Shown piece after piece: positions 7,537-14,654 of a DNA stretch of 15,691 bases. A model generated the notes under the pieces. The model searched no databases, was not told where the DNA came from, and saw only the letters and a program-made list of their open reading frames with translations. The stretch comes from Elusimicrobiota bacterium (GTDB taxonomy: Bacteria; Elusimicrobiota; Elusimicrobia; UBA1565): contig JBDRPD010000004.1 of the NCBI GenBank assembly GCA_043827405.1, positions 1 through 15,691 on the forward strand, read 5' to 3'. The translations under genes were made by a program, and so were the position numbers. How positions within the stretch are numbered: position 1 is the first letter of the stretch; each line of letters opens with the position of its first letter.

Positions 7537-9080
7537 CCCCCGACGTGATCGTTCTCGGCGGCGGCCATAACGGCTTGGCGGCGGCGACGATCCTGGCGCG
7601 CGAAGGCCGCCAGGTGCTGGTGCTGGAAAAGCGCGCCATTCTCGGCGGCCTGGCGGCGGGCGAGGAGTTTCACCCCGGCTGCCGCACGCAGGGCCTGCAC
7701 CTGGATACTTCCGGGCTGCGCCGCGACGTCATCTCCGAGCTCGAGCTGGAACGCCACGGCCTCAAGCTGCGCGGCGAGGATCCTCCGGTATTTATCCCCA
7801 GCGAAAACGGCAAAGGCCTCATCCTGCACCGCGACCCCGACCGGATGCAGGACCTGATCGGGACCGGATTATCCGCCGAGGACCTCGCGGGCTATCGCGG
7901 CTACCGCAAGTTCATTAAGCGAATCAGCGGCATCGTGCGCCACGTTCTGGACACCGAACCGCCGCCGCTCGCCGACCACGGAGTCGACGGCATGCTGCAG
8001 CTGCTGTCGACCGGGCTGCGCCTGCGCGCCCTGGGCCGCGCCGACATGCTGGAGCTGCTGCGCATCGCGCCGATGTGCTCCGGCGACTGGCTCAAGGAGC
8101 AGTTCGCCGGCGAGCTCGTGCGCTCGGCGCTGGCCGGACCGTCGGTGGAAGGGACTTTCATGGGCCCCTGGTCGGCGGGCACGACGGCCGCCCTGCTGCT
8201 GCGGGAATGCATCGCCGAAACCAACGCCGAAGGCGGACCGGCCGCCGTAGTCAAAGCCCTGGAGGCCGCGGCCAAGGAGGCCGGCGTCGAGATTCGCACC
8301 GGCGCACCGGTCAAAACCATCCAGCTCGCCGACGGCAAAGCCGCCGGCGTCGTGCTCGAGGACGGCGAGGAAATAGCCGCCGGCCTCATCGTCTCCTCCT
8401 GCGATCCCAAGACCACCTTTCTGCGGCTGATCAGCGCGGCGCAGCTGCCGTTGTCGCTGGCCGAGCCGATCCGCCTCATCCGCGCGCGCGGCACCGCCGC
8501 CAAAGTAAACCTGGCGCTGAAGGGAGCGCTCGAGTTCGACGGCTGGGAAGGAAAGGTCTTTGAGCATATCCGCACCGGCGAGACCCTCGACGATATCGAA
8601 CGCGCCTTCGACGCGGTCAAGTACGGCGAGTTCTCCAAAAAGCCGCATCTGGAGATCAAGGTGCCGACCGTCGCCGACCCGTCGCTCGCCCCCGCCGGCC
8701 ACCACGTCGTAGAAATTCTCGTCCACTTCGCGCCCTATGACTTAAAGGGCGGCTGGAACGACCGGCAGCGTGCGGCGCTCGGAGATACGGTCGTCGAACG
8801 GCTCGCGGCCTATGCGCCCAAGCTCAAGGAGCAAATCGTCGGCCGCGAAGTTCTGACGCCCAAGGATATCGAGGAGCGCTACGGCACCGCCGGCGGCCAT
8901 ATCTATCACGGCGAGCCCTTCCTGGACCAGCTCTACTCCCTGCGCCCCACGGTGGATACCGCGCAGTACGCGACGCCGATCTCCGGCCTCTACCTCTGCG
9001 GTTCCGGCTCGCATCCCGGCGGCGGCGTCACCTGCATGCCGGGGACGCTGGCGGCCGAAGCCGTCCTCGCCCGCTCCTAG
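7533..9080 (+). CDS. Phytoene-dehydrogenase-like FAD-dependent oxidoreductase (COG1233), subunit B (diverged paralog)
   Basis: MTPDVIVLGGGHNGL, ERAFDAVKYGEFS, TPKDIEERYG..GGHIYHGE and GLYLCGSGSHPGGG. The true start is ATG 7533 (ATGA overlap, GGAGG at 7522-7526), not 7446. Confidence 0.9.
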   Translation: MTPDVIVLGGGHNGLAAATILAREGRQVLVLEKRAILGGLAAGEEFHPGCRTQGLHLDTSGLRRDVISELELERHGLKLRGEDPPVFIPSENGKGLILHRDPDRMQDLIGTGLSAEDLAGYRGYRKFIKRISGIVRHVLDTEPPPLADHGVDGMLQLLSTGLRLRALGRADMLELLRIAPMCSGDWLKEQFAGELVRSALAGPSVEGTFMGPWSAGTTAALLLRECIAETNAEGGPAAVVKALEAAAKEAGVEIRTGAPVKTIQLADGKAAGVVLEDGEEIAAGLIVSSCDPKTTFLRLISAAQLPLSLAEPIRLIRARGTAAKVNLALKGALEFDGWEGKVFEHIRTGETLDDIERAFDAVKYGEFSKKPHLEIKVPTVADPSLAPAGHHVVEILVHFAPYDLKGGWNDRQRAALGDTVVERLAAYAPKLKEQIVGREVLTPKDIEERYGTAGGHIYHGEPFLDQLYSLRPTVDTAQYATPISGLYLCGSGSHPGGGVTCMPGTLAAEAVLARS

Positions 9081-9110
9081 CCGCCTGGATTTATTGCTGT
9101 AGGCGGCTAG
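9077..9110. terminator. Inverted repeat between convergent genes, possible bidirectional terminator or stabilising hairpin
   Basis: CTAGCCGCCT (9077-9086) / AGGCGGCTAG (9101-9110): perfect 10-bp stem with a 14-nt loop and no U-tract on either side. Confidence 0.5.
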
Positions 9111-11002
9111 ATCTCGACCTGGCGGCCGATCTCGATCACGCGGTTTGGCGGCAGGCCGAAGAACAGCGCCGGCCGGAGAGCGTTGCGGTACATGAAGCGG
9201 TACAGCGCCAGCTGCCATACCGGCAGCCGACCGAATCGCCCCTCGACGACGGTATCACGGCTGGTGATATAGGTGGCGGTCAGCGGGTTGATCAGCAGCT
9301 GTTTGTCCTCGCAGGCGCGATAGAGCGCCGCGAAGAGGTCGGAAGATTCCATAAAACCGTAGCGCACGGTCACCCGGAACATCTTCCCGCCGAGATTCTC
9401 AATACGATATCTCTCCGCCTCGGCGATGTGGGGAGTCTCTTCGTTGACTACCGTGACGAACAGGTTGTTCTCGTGAAGAACCTTATTGTGTTTGATGTTG
9501 TGCAGCAGCGCCCGCGGCGTCCACTCCAGATTTTTATTGAGGATGACGGCATGGCCGGGCACCCGGACCACGGCGCTGCTCTCGGCGTCGCGGACAAAAT
9601 CAATCAGCGGCAGCGACTCGGCCCGCCGCCGCTCACGCATAACGGCCTGCCCCTGCCGCCATACGACAAAGAGGAAGACGATGAGCGCGCTGATCAGCAG
9701 CGGGACCCACCCGCCTTCCTTGATCTTGGCCAGGTTCGCCGTCAGGAAAGCCAGATCGACCGCTAAAAACAGCGCCGTCAGCGCCGCCGCTGCGGGCAGA
9801 TTCCAGCGCCAGCGCCGCCGCGCCACCAGAAACGCGAGCAGCGTCGTTATGACCATGGTCAGCGAGACGGCGATCCCGTAGGCCGCGGCCAACCCGCTGG
9901 AACTGCGGAAGGCGAAGACCAGCGTGATCGTCGCCGCGAGCAGCATCCAGTTGACCAATGGAACGTAGATCTGGCCCGATTCCCGGTCGGAGGTATGCAC
10001 GATGGCGAGCCGCGGCAGATATCCCAACTGGACCGCCTGCCGCGTCAAGGAGAACGCGCCGGTGATGACCGCTTGCGACGCGATGACGGTCGCCGCAGCG
10101 GAAAGCGCAACCAGCGGGTAGAGCCCCCACGAAGGCACCATGCGGAAAAACGGATTATGGGCCGCCGCCGGCGAGCGCAGGAGCAGCGCCCCTTGCCCGC
10201 AATAGTTCAGCGCCAGCGCCGGCCCAGCGGCGAGAAACCAGCTGAGGTAAATGGGGCGCCGGGAGAAGTGCCCCAGGTCGGCATACAGCGCTTCGCTTCC
10301 TGTAACGACCAGGAAGACCGCACCCAGCACGAAGAAGCCGGCGGTGCCGTTCACCGCGAAGAAGCGCAGGGCGTATGCCGGGTTGGCCGCCGCCAAGACG
10401 GCGGGAGTCCGTATGAGGCTGATGACTCCGAGCGCTCCGATCACCAAAAACCAGACCAGGATGACCGGCCCGAAGACAATGCCGACTCTCTCCGTGCCGT
10501 GCCGCTGCGCCGCGAACAGGCCGACAAGGATCAGCACGGTAATGGGGATGATATACGGCTGGCACAGAGGCGTGGCGACGCCCAATCCTTCGATGGCGCT
10601 CAGCACCGATATGGCGGGCGTGATCATGCCGTCGCCGTACAGCAGCGCGGCGCCGAAAAGTCCCAGCACCGCCACAAAACCGTATCGCGGGCGCCCGCCG
10701 TCCGGCGACCTTACCAGCGACATCAGCGCCAGAATGCCGCCTTCGCCTTTATTGTCGGCGCGCAGGATGTAGAGCAGATACTTCACGGTAACGACGACGA
10801 TCAGCGACCACAGGATGAGAGAGAGGACGCCGAGGATATTCGCGGGCGAGACCGGGATGGCATGCGGTCCAGAGAAGCATTCCCGGAAGGCGTAGAGCGG
10901 GCTGGTGCCGATATCGCCGTAGACGATGCCCAAAGCCGTAAGGCAGAGCAGGGGAAGGGCCGGCGGCGCTGCTTGGCGGATTGGCGCGGGCGAAACGGGC
11001 AC
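9107..11002 (-). CDS. kup: KUP/HAK/KT family potassium uptake transporter
   Basis: LGIVYGDIGTSPLY, ADNKGEGGILAL, LLYGDGMITPAISVLSAIEG, TGSEALYADLGHF, ATVIASQAVITG, GQIYVPLVNW, HNKVLHE and C-terminal RVIEIGRQVEI. GTG start (in-frame TGA at 11009-11011 just upstream). Confidence 0.96.
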   Translation of the reverse strand: MPVSPAPIRQAAPPALPLLCLTALGIVYGDIGTSPLYAFRECFSGPHAIPVSPANILGVLSLILWSLIVVVTVKYLLYILRADNKGEGGILALMSLVRSPDGGRPRYGFVAVLGLFGAALLYGDGMITPAISVLSAIEGLGVATPLCQPYIIPITVLILVGLFAAQRHGTERVGIVFGPVILVWFLVIGALGVISLIRTPAVLAAANPAYALRFFAVNGTAGFFVLGAVFLVVTGSEALYADLGHFSRRPIYLSWFLAAGPALALNYCGQGALLLRSPAAAHNPFFRMVPSWGLYPLVALSAAATVIASQAVITGAFSLTRQAVQLGYLPRLAIVHTSDRESGQIYVPLVNWMLLAATITLVFAFRSSSGLAAAYGIAVSLTMVITTLLAFLVARRRWRWNLPAAAALTALFLAVDLAFLTANLAKIKEGGWVPLLISALIVFLFVVWRQGQAVMRERRRAESLPLIDFVRDAESSAVVRVPGHAVILNKNLEWTPRALLHNIKHNKVLHENNLFVTVVNEETPHIAEAERYRIENLGGKMFRVTVRYGFMESSDLFAALYRACEDKQLLINPLTATYITSRDTVVEGRFGRLPVWQLALYRFMYRNALRPALFFGLPPNRVIEIGRQVEI

Positions 11003-11052
11003 CGCCGATCAGCCCCGCCGGAACGAGATGCCGGCCGGGCAAGCATGACTAT

Positions 11053-11072
11053 ATCTTTTCATATTCTTATAT
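11053..11072 (-). promoter_or_regulatory. Putative second ArsR operator upstream of kup
   Basis: The minus strand reads ATATAA-GAATATGA-AAAGAT, 16/20 identical to the site at 11452-11471, and abuts a -10-like TATAGT (11053-11048, minus strand). Confidence 0.45.
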
Positions 11073-11103
11073 GGTATTATTGCCATATAGTAGGAACAAA
11101 AAA

Positions 11104-11451
11104 TCAAACTTCGCCCAAATGCTCAAGCATACCCTGGCTTTCTCTAAACTTCTTGCGCAGCATCTCGGCGATCGGCCGCAGGACCTTGTAGATATCCCGA
11201 TCACGGATGGAGTAGTAGACCGTGACTTTTTCCTGCCGCGACTTAAGAATCCACGCCTGACGCAGCATCGCCAGATGCTTGGAAAGGCTGGACTGTTCGA
11301 CTGCCAATTCCCGGACCATCTCGCCGACGGAAGCCTCGCGCGCTTTCAGATGCTCGACGATCGCGAGCCGTACGGGATGCGCGAGGGCTTTAAGAAAGTC
11401 GGCCTTGATTCGAAATACCAGGTCCGCGGTCGCGGTCTTCTCATTTGCCAT
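11104..11451 (-). CDS. ArsR/SmtB-family winged-helix transcriptional repressor (no cysteines)
   Basis: KADFLKALAHPVRLAIVEHL, SVGEM, QSSLSKHLAMLRQ and wing SRQEKVTVYYSI; 115 aa. Confidence 0.93.
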   Translation of the reverse strand: MANEKTATADLVFRIKADFLKALAHPVRLAIVEHLKAREASVGEMVRELAVEQSSLSKHLAMLRQAWILKSRQEKVTVYYSIRDRDIYKVLRPIAEMLRKKFRESQGMLEHLGEV

Positions 11452-11471
11452 ATATTCGAATATGAGAATAT
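11452..11471. promoter_or_regulatory. Putative ArsR operator in the arsR/clc divergent promoter region
   Basis: ATATTC-N8-GAATAT inverted repeat (also contains the perfect 12-bp palindrome ATATTCGAATAT at 11452-11463), immediately upstream of the arsR ATG and between TTGCCA (11445-11450) and TATTTT (11469-11474) on the + strand. Confidence 0.65.
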
Positions 11472-11501
11472 TTTACTAAACAAATCCGCCGCGATGCAAG
11501 C

Positions 11502-13376
11502 ATGACGCCTGCCCCGCACAATAAGCCCGACGACAAGAAGAGCCCCGCACCCGACATCAACGCGCTGCCCGGGTGGATCATCGATGCCCTCAAGCTTTGG
11601 CAGGAAACGCGGGTCTGGCTGGCCGACACCTACCGAGACCTTCGTCCCATGCTCGCTCCGTCGGAAACGAAGTTTCTCGTCGCGCTGGCCGTGCTGATCG
11701 GGCTCCTCACCGGCGGCTTCACCTACCTGTTCGACGGCTTCATCCACCGGATATTCCATTTCGCCTTCGGCATGAATACGCTGCAGCTGGCCGAGCTCCC
11801 GCTGTACTCCCGCTGGAAGATACTGTTTTTGCCGGCCTTGGGCGGACTCATCGTCGGCCCGCTGGTAAAATACGTCAGCCCCGACTCCAAGGGAGAGGGC
11901 GTGCCCAACGTGCTCAAGGCGATGCACCATCAGGGCGGCCGTCTGCGCGGACGCGTCGCCCTGTTGAAGGCGCTGTGCAGCGCCCTGTCCATCGGCACCG
12001 GAGGCTCGGCCGGCCGCGAAGGCCCCGTCGTCCTTATCGGCGCATCGATCGGCTCCCGGCTCGCTCAAATGTTCCGCGTCCCTGCGGTCACCCTTAAGAC
12101 CATGGCGGCGGCGGGCTCAGCGGCCGGCATCGGGGCGGTATTCAACGCCCCGCTGGGCGGCATGGCATTCGGGCTCGAAGTGATCCTCGGAGAGATAACT
12201 GCGGGCCCCTTCGCCATGGTCGTGCTAAGCACGGTCGTAGCGGACACCATGGCACGCATGCTGCGCGGCTCCTCATCCTTCTTCACCATCCCGGCGCATG
12301 GGATGACGCACTGGTCGGAGCTCGGGCTCTATCTCGTGCTCGGCGTGGCCGCCGGCATCTGCGCCAAAGTGTTTCAGCATATCTTTCTACGCGTCGAGGA
12401 CGAGTTCGAAGCGCATTGCCCGATGGACCCGGCATGGAAGCCCGCCTTGGGCGGCCTGCTGGTCGGAGCGCTCGGGTTCCTGGTCCCCGAAATTCTGGGC
12501 CCCGGCTATGAGGTCATCGACAGCGCGCTGCGCACCAGCTTCGCGCCCTCGCTGCTGCTGCTGCTGATCGCCGGCAAGATGCTGGCGACCTCGCTGACCC
12601 TCGGCTCCGGCGGCTCCGGCGGCACGCTCATGCCGTCGCTGTTTATGGGCGGCATGCTCGGCTCCCTTCTGGGCCAGGCGTTCGCCGCGATCTTCCCCGG
12701 CACGCTCGATCCGAGCGCCTATGCGACGGTCGGCATGGCCGCCATGTTCGCGGGCATGGTGAACGCGCCGCTCACCGCCATCCTTATCCTATTCGAGATG
12801 ACCGGAGACTACGCGATCATCCTGCCGCTGATGGTTGCCGTCGTGACGTCGGTCCTGACCGCGCGCGTCATCGAGGCGGAGTCCATCTACACCCTGAAGC
12901 TGGCGCGGCTGGGCATCAGCTATCGGCCGGAACCGGAAACCGCGCTGCTGACCGGCACCCCGGTCTCCGAGATCATGACCAAAGACGTTAAGGTGATCAA
13001 GTCCGATTTCGCGCTCGGGCAGCTCGGCCGCTACTTCAACCGTACCAAGCTCAACGGCTTTCCGGTGATCGACCAAGACGGCCGGCTGGTCGGGATGATC
13101 ACCCATGCCGAGGCCCGCGCCGCCTACACCAGCGAGCCGCCGCCCCCGGCCGACGCTCCGGTTGAAAGCATCATGCGCTCCACCGGCCAGCCGCTGTACG
13201 CGGACGACTCGGCGAGCGAGGCGCTGCGCCGCATGGATCAGCTGGATACCGACCGCCTTCCGGTCGTCGACAGAAACAATCCGCAGCGGCTCGTCGGTAT
13301 TGTGAGCCAAAAAGATTTGATGCACCTTTACGCGAAACGGATATCGCGAAAAACAGACAGAAAAACGGAGCGCTGA
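11502..13376 (+). CDS. CLC-family chloride channel/transporter with a C-terminal CBS pair
   Basis: GEGVP, GGSAGREGP, FNAPLGG, LTLGSGGSGG..MPSLFMG, APLTAILILFEMTGDY and SIYTLKL. CBS motifs IMTKDV..GFPVID..G.LVGMIT and RLPVVD....LVGIVS. Confidence 0.95.
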   Translation: MTPAPHNKPDDKKSPAPDINALPGWIIDALKLWQETRVWLADTYRDLRPMLAPSETKFLVALAVLIGLLTGGFTYLFDGFIHRIFHFAFGMNTLQLAELPLYSRWKILFLPALGGLIVGPLVKYVSPDSKGEGVPNVLKAMHHQGGRLRGRVALLKALCSALSIGTGGSAGREGPVVLIGASIGSRLAQMFRVPAVTLKTMAAAGSAAGIGAVFNAPLGGMAFGLEVILGEITAGPFAMVVLSTVVADTMARMLRGSSSFFTIPAHGMTHWSELGLYLVLGVAAGICAKVFQHIFLRVEDEFEAHCPMDPAWKPALGGLLVGALGFLVPEILGPGYEVIDSALRTSFAPSLLLLLIAGKMLATSLTLGSGGSGGTLMPSLFMGGMLGSLLGQAFAAIFPGTLDPSAYATVGMAAMFAGMVNAPLTAILILFEMTGDYAIILPLMVAVVTSVLTARVIEAESIYTLKLARLGISYRPEPETALLTGTPVSEIMTKDVKVIKSDFALGQLGRYFNRTKLNGFPVIDQDGRLVGMITHAEARAAYTSEPPPPADAPVESIMRSTGQPLYADDSASEALRRMDQLDTDRLPVVDRNNPQRLVGIVSQKDLMHLYAKRISRKTDRKTER

Positions 13377-13378
13377 GC

Positions 13379-14470
13379 ATGCCGCACTATCGAATTCGCA
13401 CCTTCGCCGCCGCGCTGCTGACGGGAGCCGCCATTATGCTGTCGCTGCCGGCCGCCGCACTCGCGCTGGAAGAAAATTCAGAAAAGCCGGAAAACCTGAT
13501 CATATCGCAGGGGGAATTCGCCGTTATCTCGGCGTCATCCGATGTGCTGCGCCATATCGGCGCGGCGCGGGCCGCGCTCCGCGCCGAAGATGCGCCGCGG
13601 GCGGCCAGCGCGCTCGCTCGCGCGCGCGGCCAACTGCGCTCCATGAAGGCCTGGCGCCGGCCCGCCGCCGCAGAAGACGGCGGACATGGCGGCGAAGAGC
13701 CGGATCTCGAGGCGGCGCTGCTGTCGCTGGAACGGCATCTGGCGGCGGCCGAACGCGGCCTGGAACAAAAGGAATTCTCCGCCGCCGACAAGGCACTGGC
13801 GCTGGCGGAACAGGAAACGGATTTCCTCAAGACAGTCATAAATCGCCCGCTGGCGCAGGCGCATAAAAACCTATGGCGGGCCATGATAGCGCACTCCTTT
13901 GGACAAGCAGCGGCCGTCAGGAAATACCTCTCCTCCACCTCCGTTTGGCTTGCCCGCGCGGCCGGCGGCGGGCAGGAGACTGAAAAGGCGCGGGCGGACC
14001 TGGCGAAGAAAGTCCAGGACTTAGAGCATTCCATGGCCGAAGGCAAACCCGGCCCATCGCAGGGCATCGAGAGCCTGTGGCAGCTATGCGTCGCCCTGAC
14101 GGAATGGGAGAAGGAAGGGATCGTCGCCAGCTGGCGCCAATACCGCGAGCTGCGCGACGTCTATACGGCGCTGAGCGCCGCCAAATACCATCTCGTGCAG
14201 GCGAAAGGCAACCACCTCGCCGGCAGGGACAGGGAAGGCGTTTCGCTTGAGCTCAAAGCGGCGCGGCGGGAACTGCGGCGCGCCCTCGAGCATGCGCCGG
14301 CCGACATGGACGCGGAACTGGCGGCGATCGACACCATCGCGGCGGCCATTGAGACGGATGCCGCATCCGACAAGGAGCATTTAAAAAAGGATTACGACAC
14401 GGCAATAAACCAAATCCGCATATTTATCCGTAAGCATTTGACGCAGCCATACGGCTGGAATATTCAATAA
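13379..14470 (+). CDS. Exported all-helical protein, YfdX-like
   Basis: Sec signal MPHYRIRTFAAALLTGAAIMLSLPAAALA|LEE. Ala-rich helical repeats (LRHIGAARAALRAEDAPRAASALARA; RHLAAAERGLEQKEFSAADKALALA; PLAQAHKNL) resemble YfdX-family proteins. Starts 2 nt after the clc stop, with GGAG upstream. Confidence 0.6.
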   Translation: MPHYRIRTFAAALLTGAAIMLSLPAAALALEENSEKPENLIISQGEFAVISASSDVLRHIGAARAALRAEDAPRAASALARARGQLRSMKAWRRPAAAEDGGHGGEEPDLEAALLSLERHLAAAERGLEQKEFSAADKALALAEQETDFLKTVINRPLAQAHKNLWRAMIAHSFGQAAAVRKYLSSTSVWLARAAGGGQETEKARADLAKKVQDLEHSMAEGKPGPSQGIESLWQLCVALTEWEKEGIVASWRQYRELRDVYTALSAAKYHLVQAKGNHLAGRDREGVSLELKAARRELRRALEHAPADMDAELAAIDTIAAAIETDAASDKEHLKKDYDTAINQIRIFIRKHLTQPYGWNIQ

Positions 14471-14489
14471 TCCGGGGAGGACCGCAAGC

Positions 14490-14654
14490 ATGCAATGTGT
14501 GAAATGTGAATCAAAGATTACACGGGGACGAGTACTGCTGCGCAAATCCGAATTCGTAGGAGTTGTTTGCTCGGGCTGCGCTTGGACAATGCAGAACGCC
14601 TCCAGCGAGCGCGAGCAGAGCAGCCCGCCGCCCGCCGTCCTCGCCCGCAGCTAG
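14490..14654 (+). CDS. Small zinc-ribbon-like protein, 54 aa (not in the ORF track)
   Basis: GGGGAGG at 14474-14480, ATG 14490, MQCVKCESKITRGRVLLRKSEFVGVVCSGCAWTMQNASSEREQSSPPPAVLARS, TAG at 14652-14654. Contains CxxC-x20-CxxC and fills the gap between the flanking genes. Confidence 0.7.
   Translation: MQCVKCESKITRGRVLLRKSEFVGVVCSGCAWTMQNASSEREQSSPPPAVLARS

Noticed and set aside
5977..7574. Identical 18-mer GGCGGCGGCCATAACGGC at 5977-5994 and 7557-7574
   Set aside because: It encodes the GGGHNG FAD-binding motif in two paralogs and is not a repeat element.
5947..9080. Carotenoid biosynthesis (crtI) call for the two flavoproteins
   Set aside because: No phytoene synthase or other crt genes are nearby, and the GGGHNGL/HPGGG pattern with a GcvT-like neighbour fits the uncharacterised COG1233 subgroup.
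11009..11086. 25-codon minus-strand ORF (MAIIPYKNMKRYSHACPAGISFRRG*) in frame with kup, suggesting a leader peptide or readthrough
   Set aside because: It has no SD, uses AT-rich atypical codons and runs through the putative promoter/operator; kup is full length from GTG 11002.
9995..11191. Long alternative-frame and antisense ORFs (e.g. 9995-11191 +, 6211-7359 -, 3675-4451 +, 7869-8726 -, 2166-2852 +)
   Set aside because: They overlap well-supported genes, are R/G/A/P-rich or antisense shadows without motifs, and are expected in high-GC DNA.
11104..11451. Arsenic or heavy-metal resistance operon
   Set aside because: The ArsR has no Cys, and there are no arsB/acr3/arsC or metal ATPase genes.
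11502..13376. Fluoride-specific CLC-F exporter
   Set aside because: It lacks the GNNLI, GREGT and GEVTP signatures, and no fluoride riboswitch is recognisable upstream.
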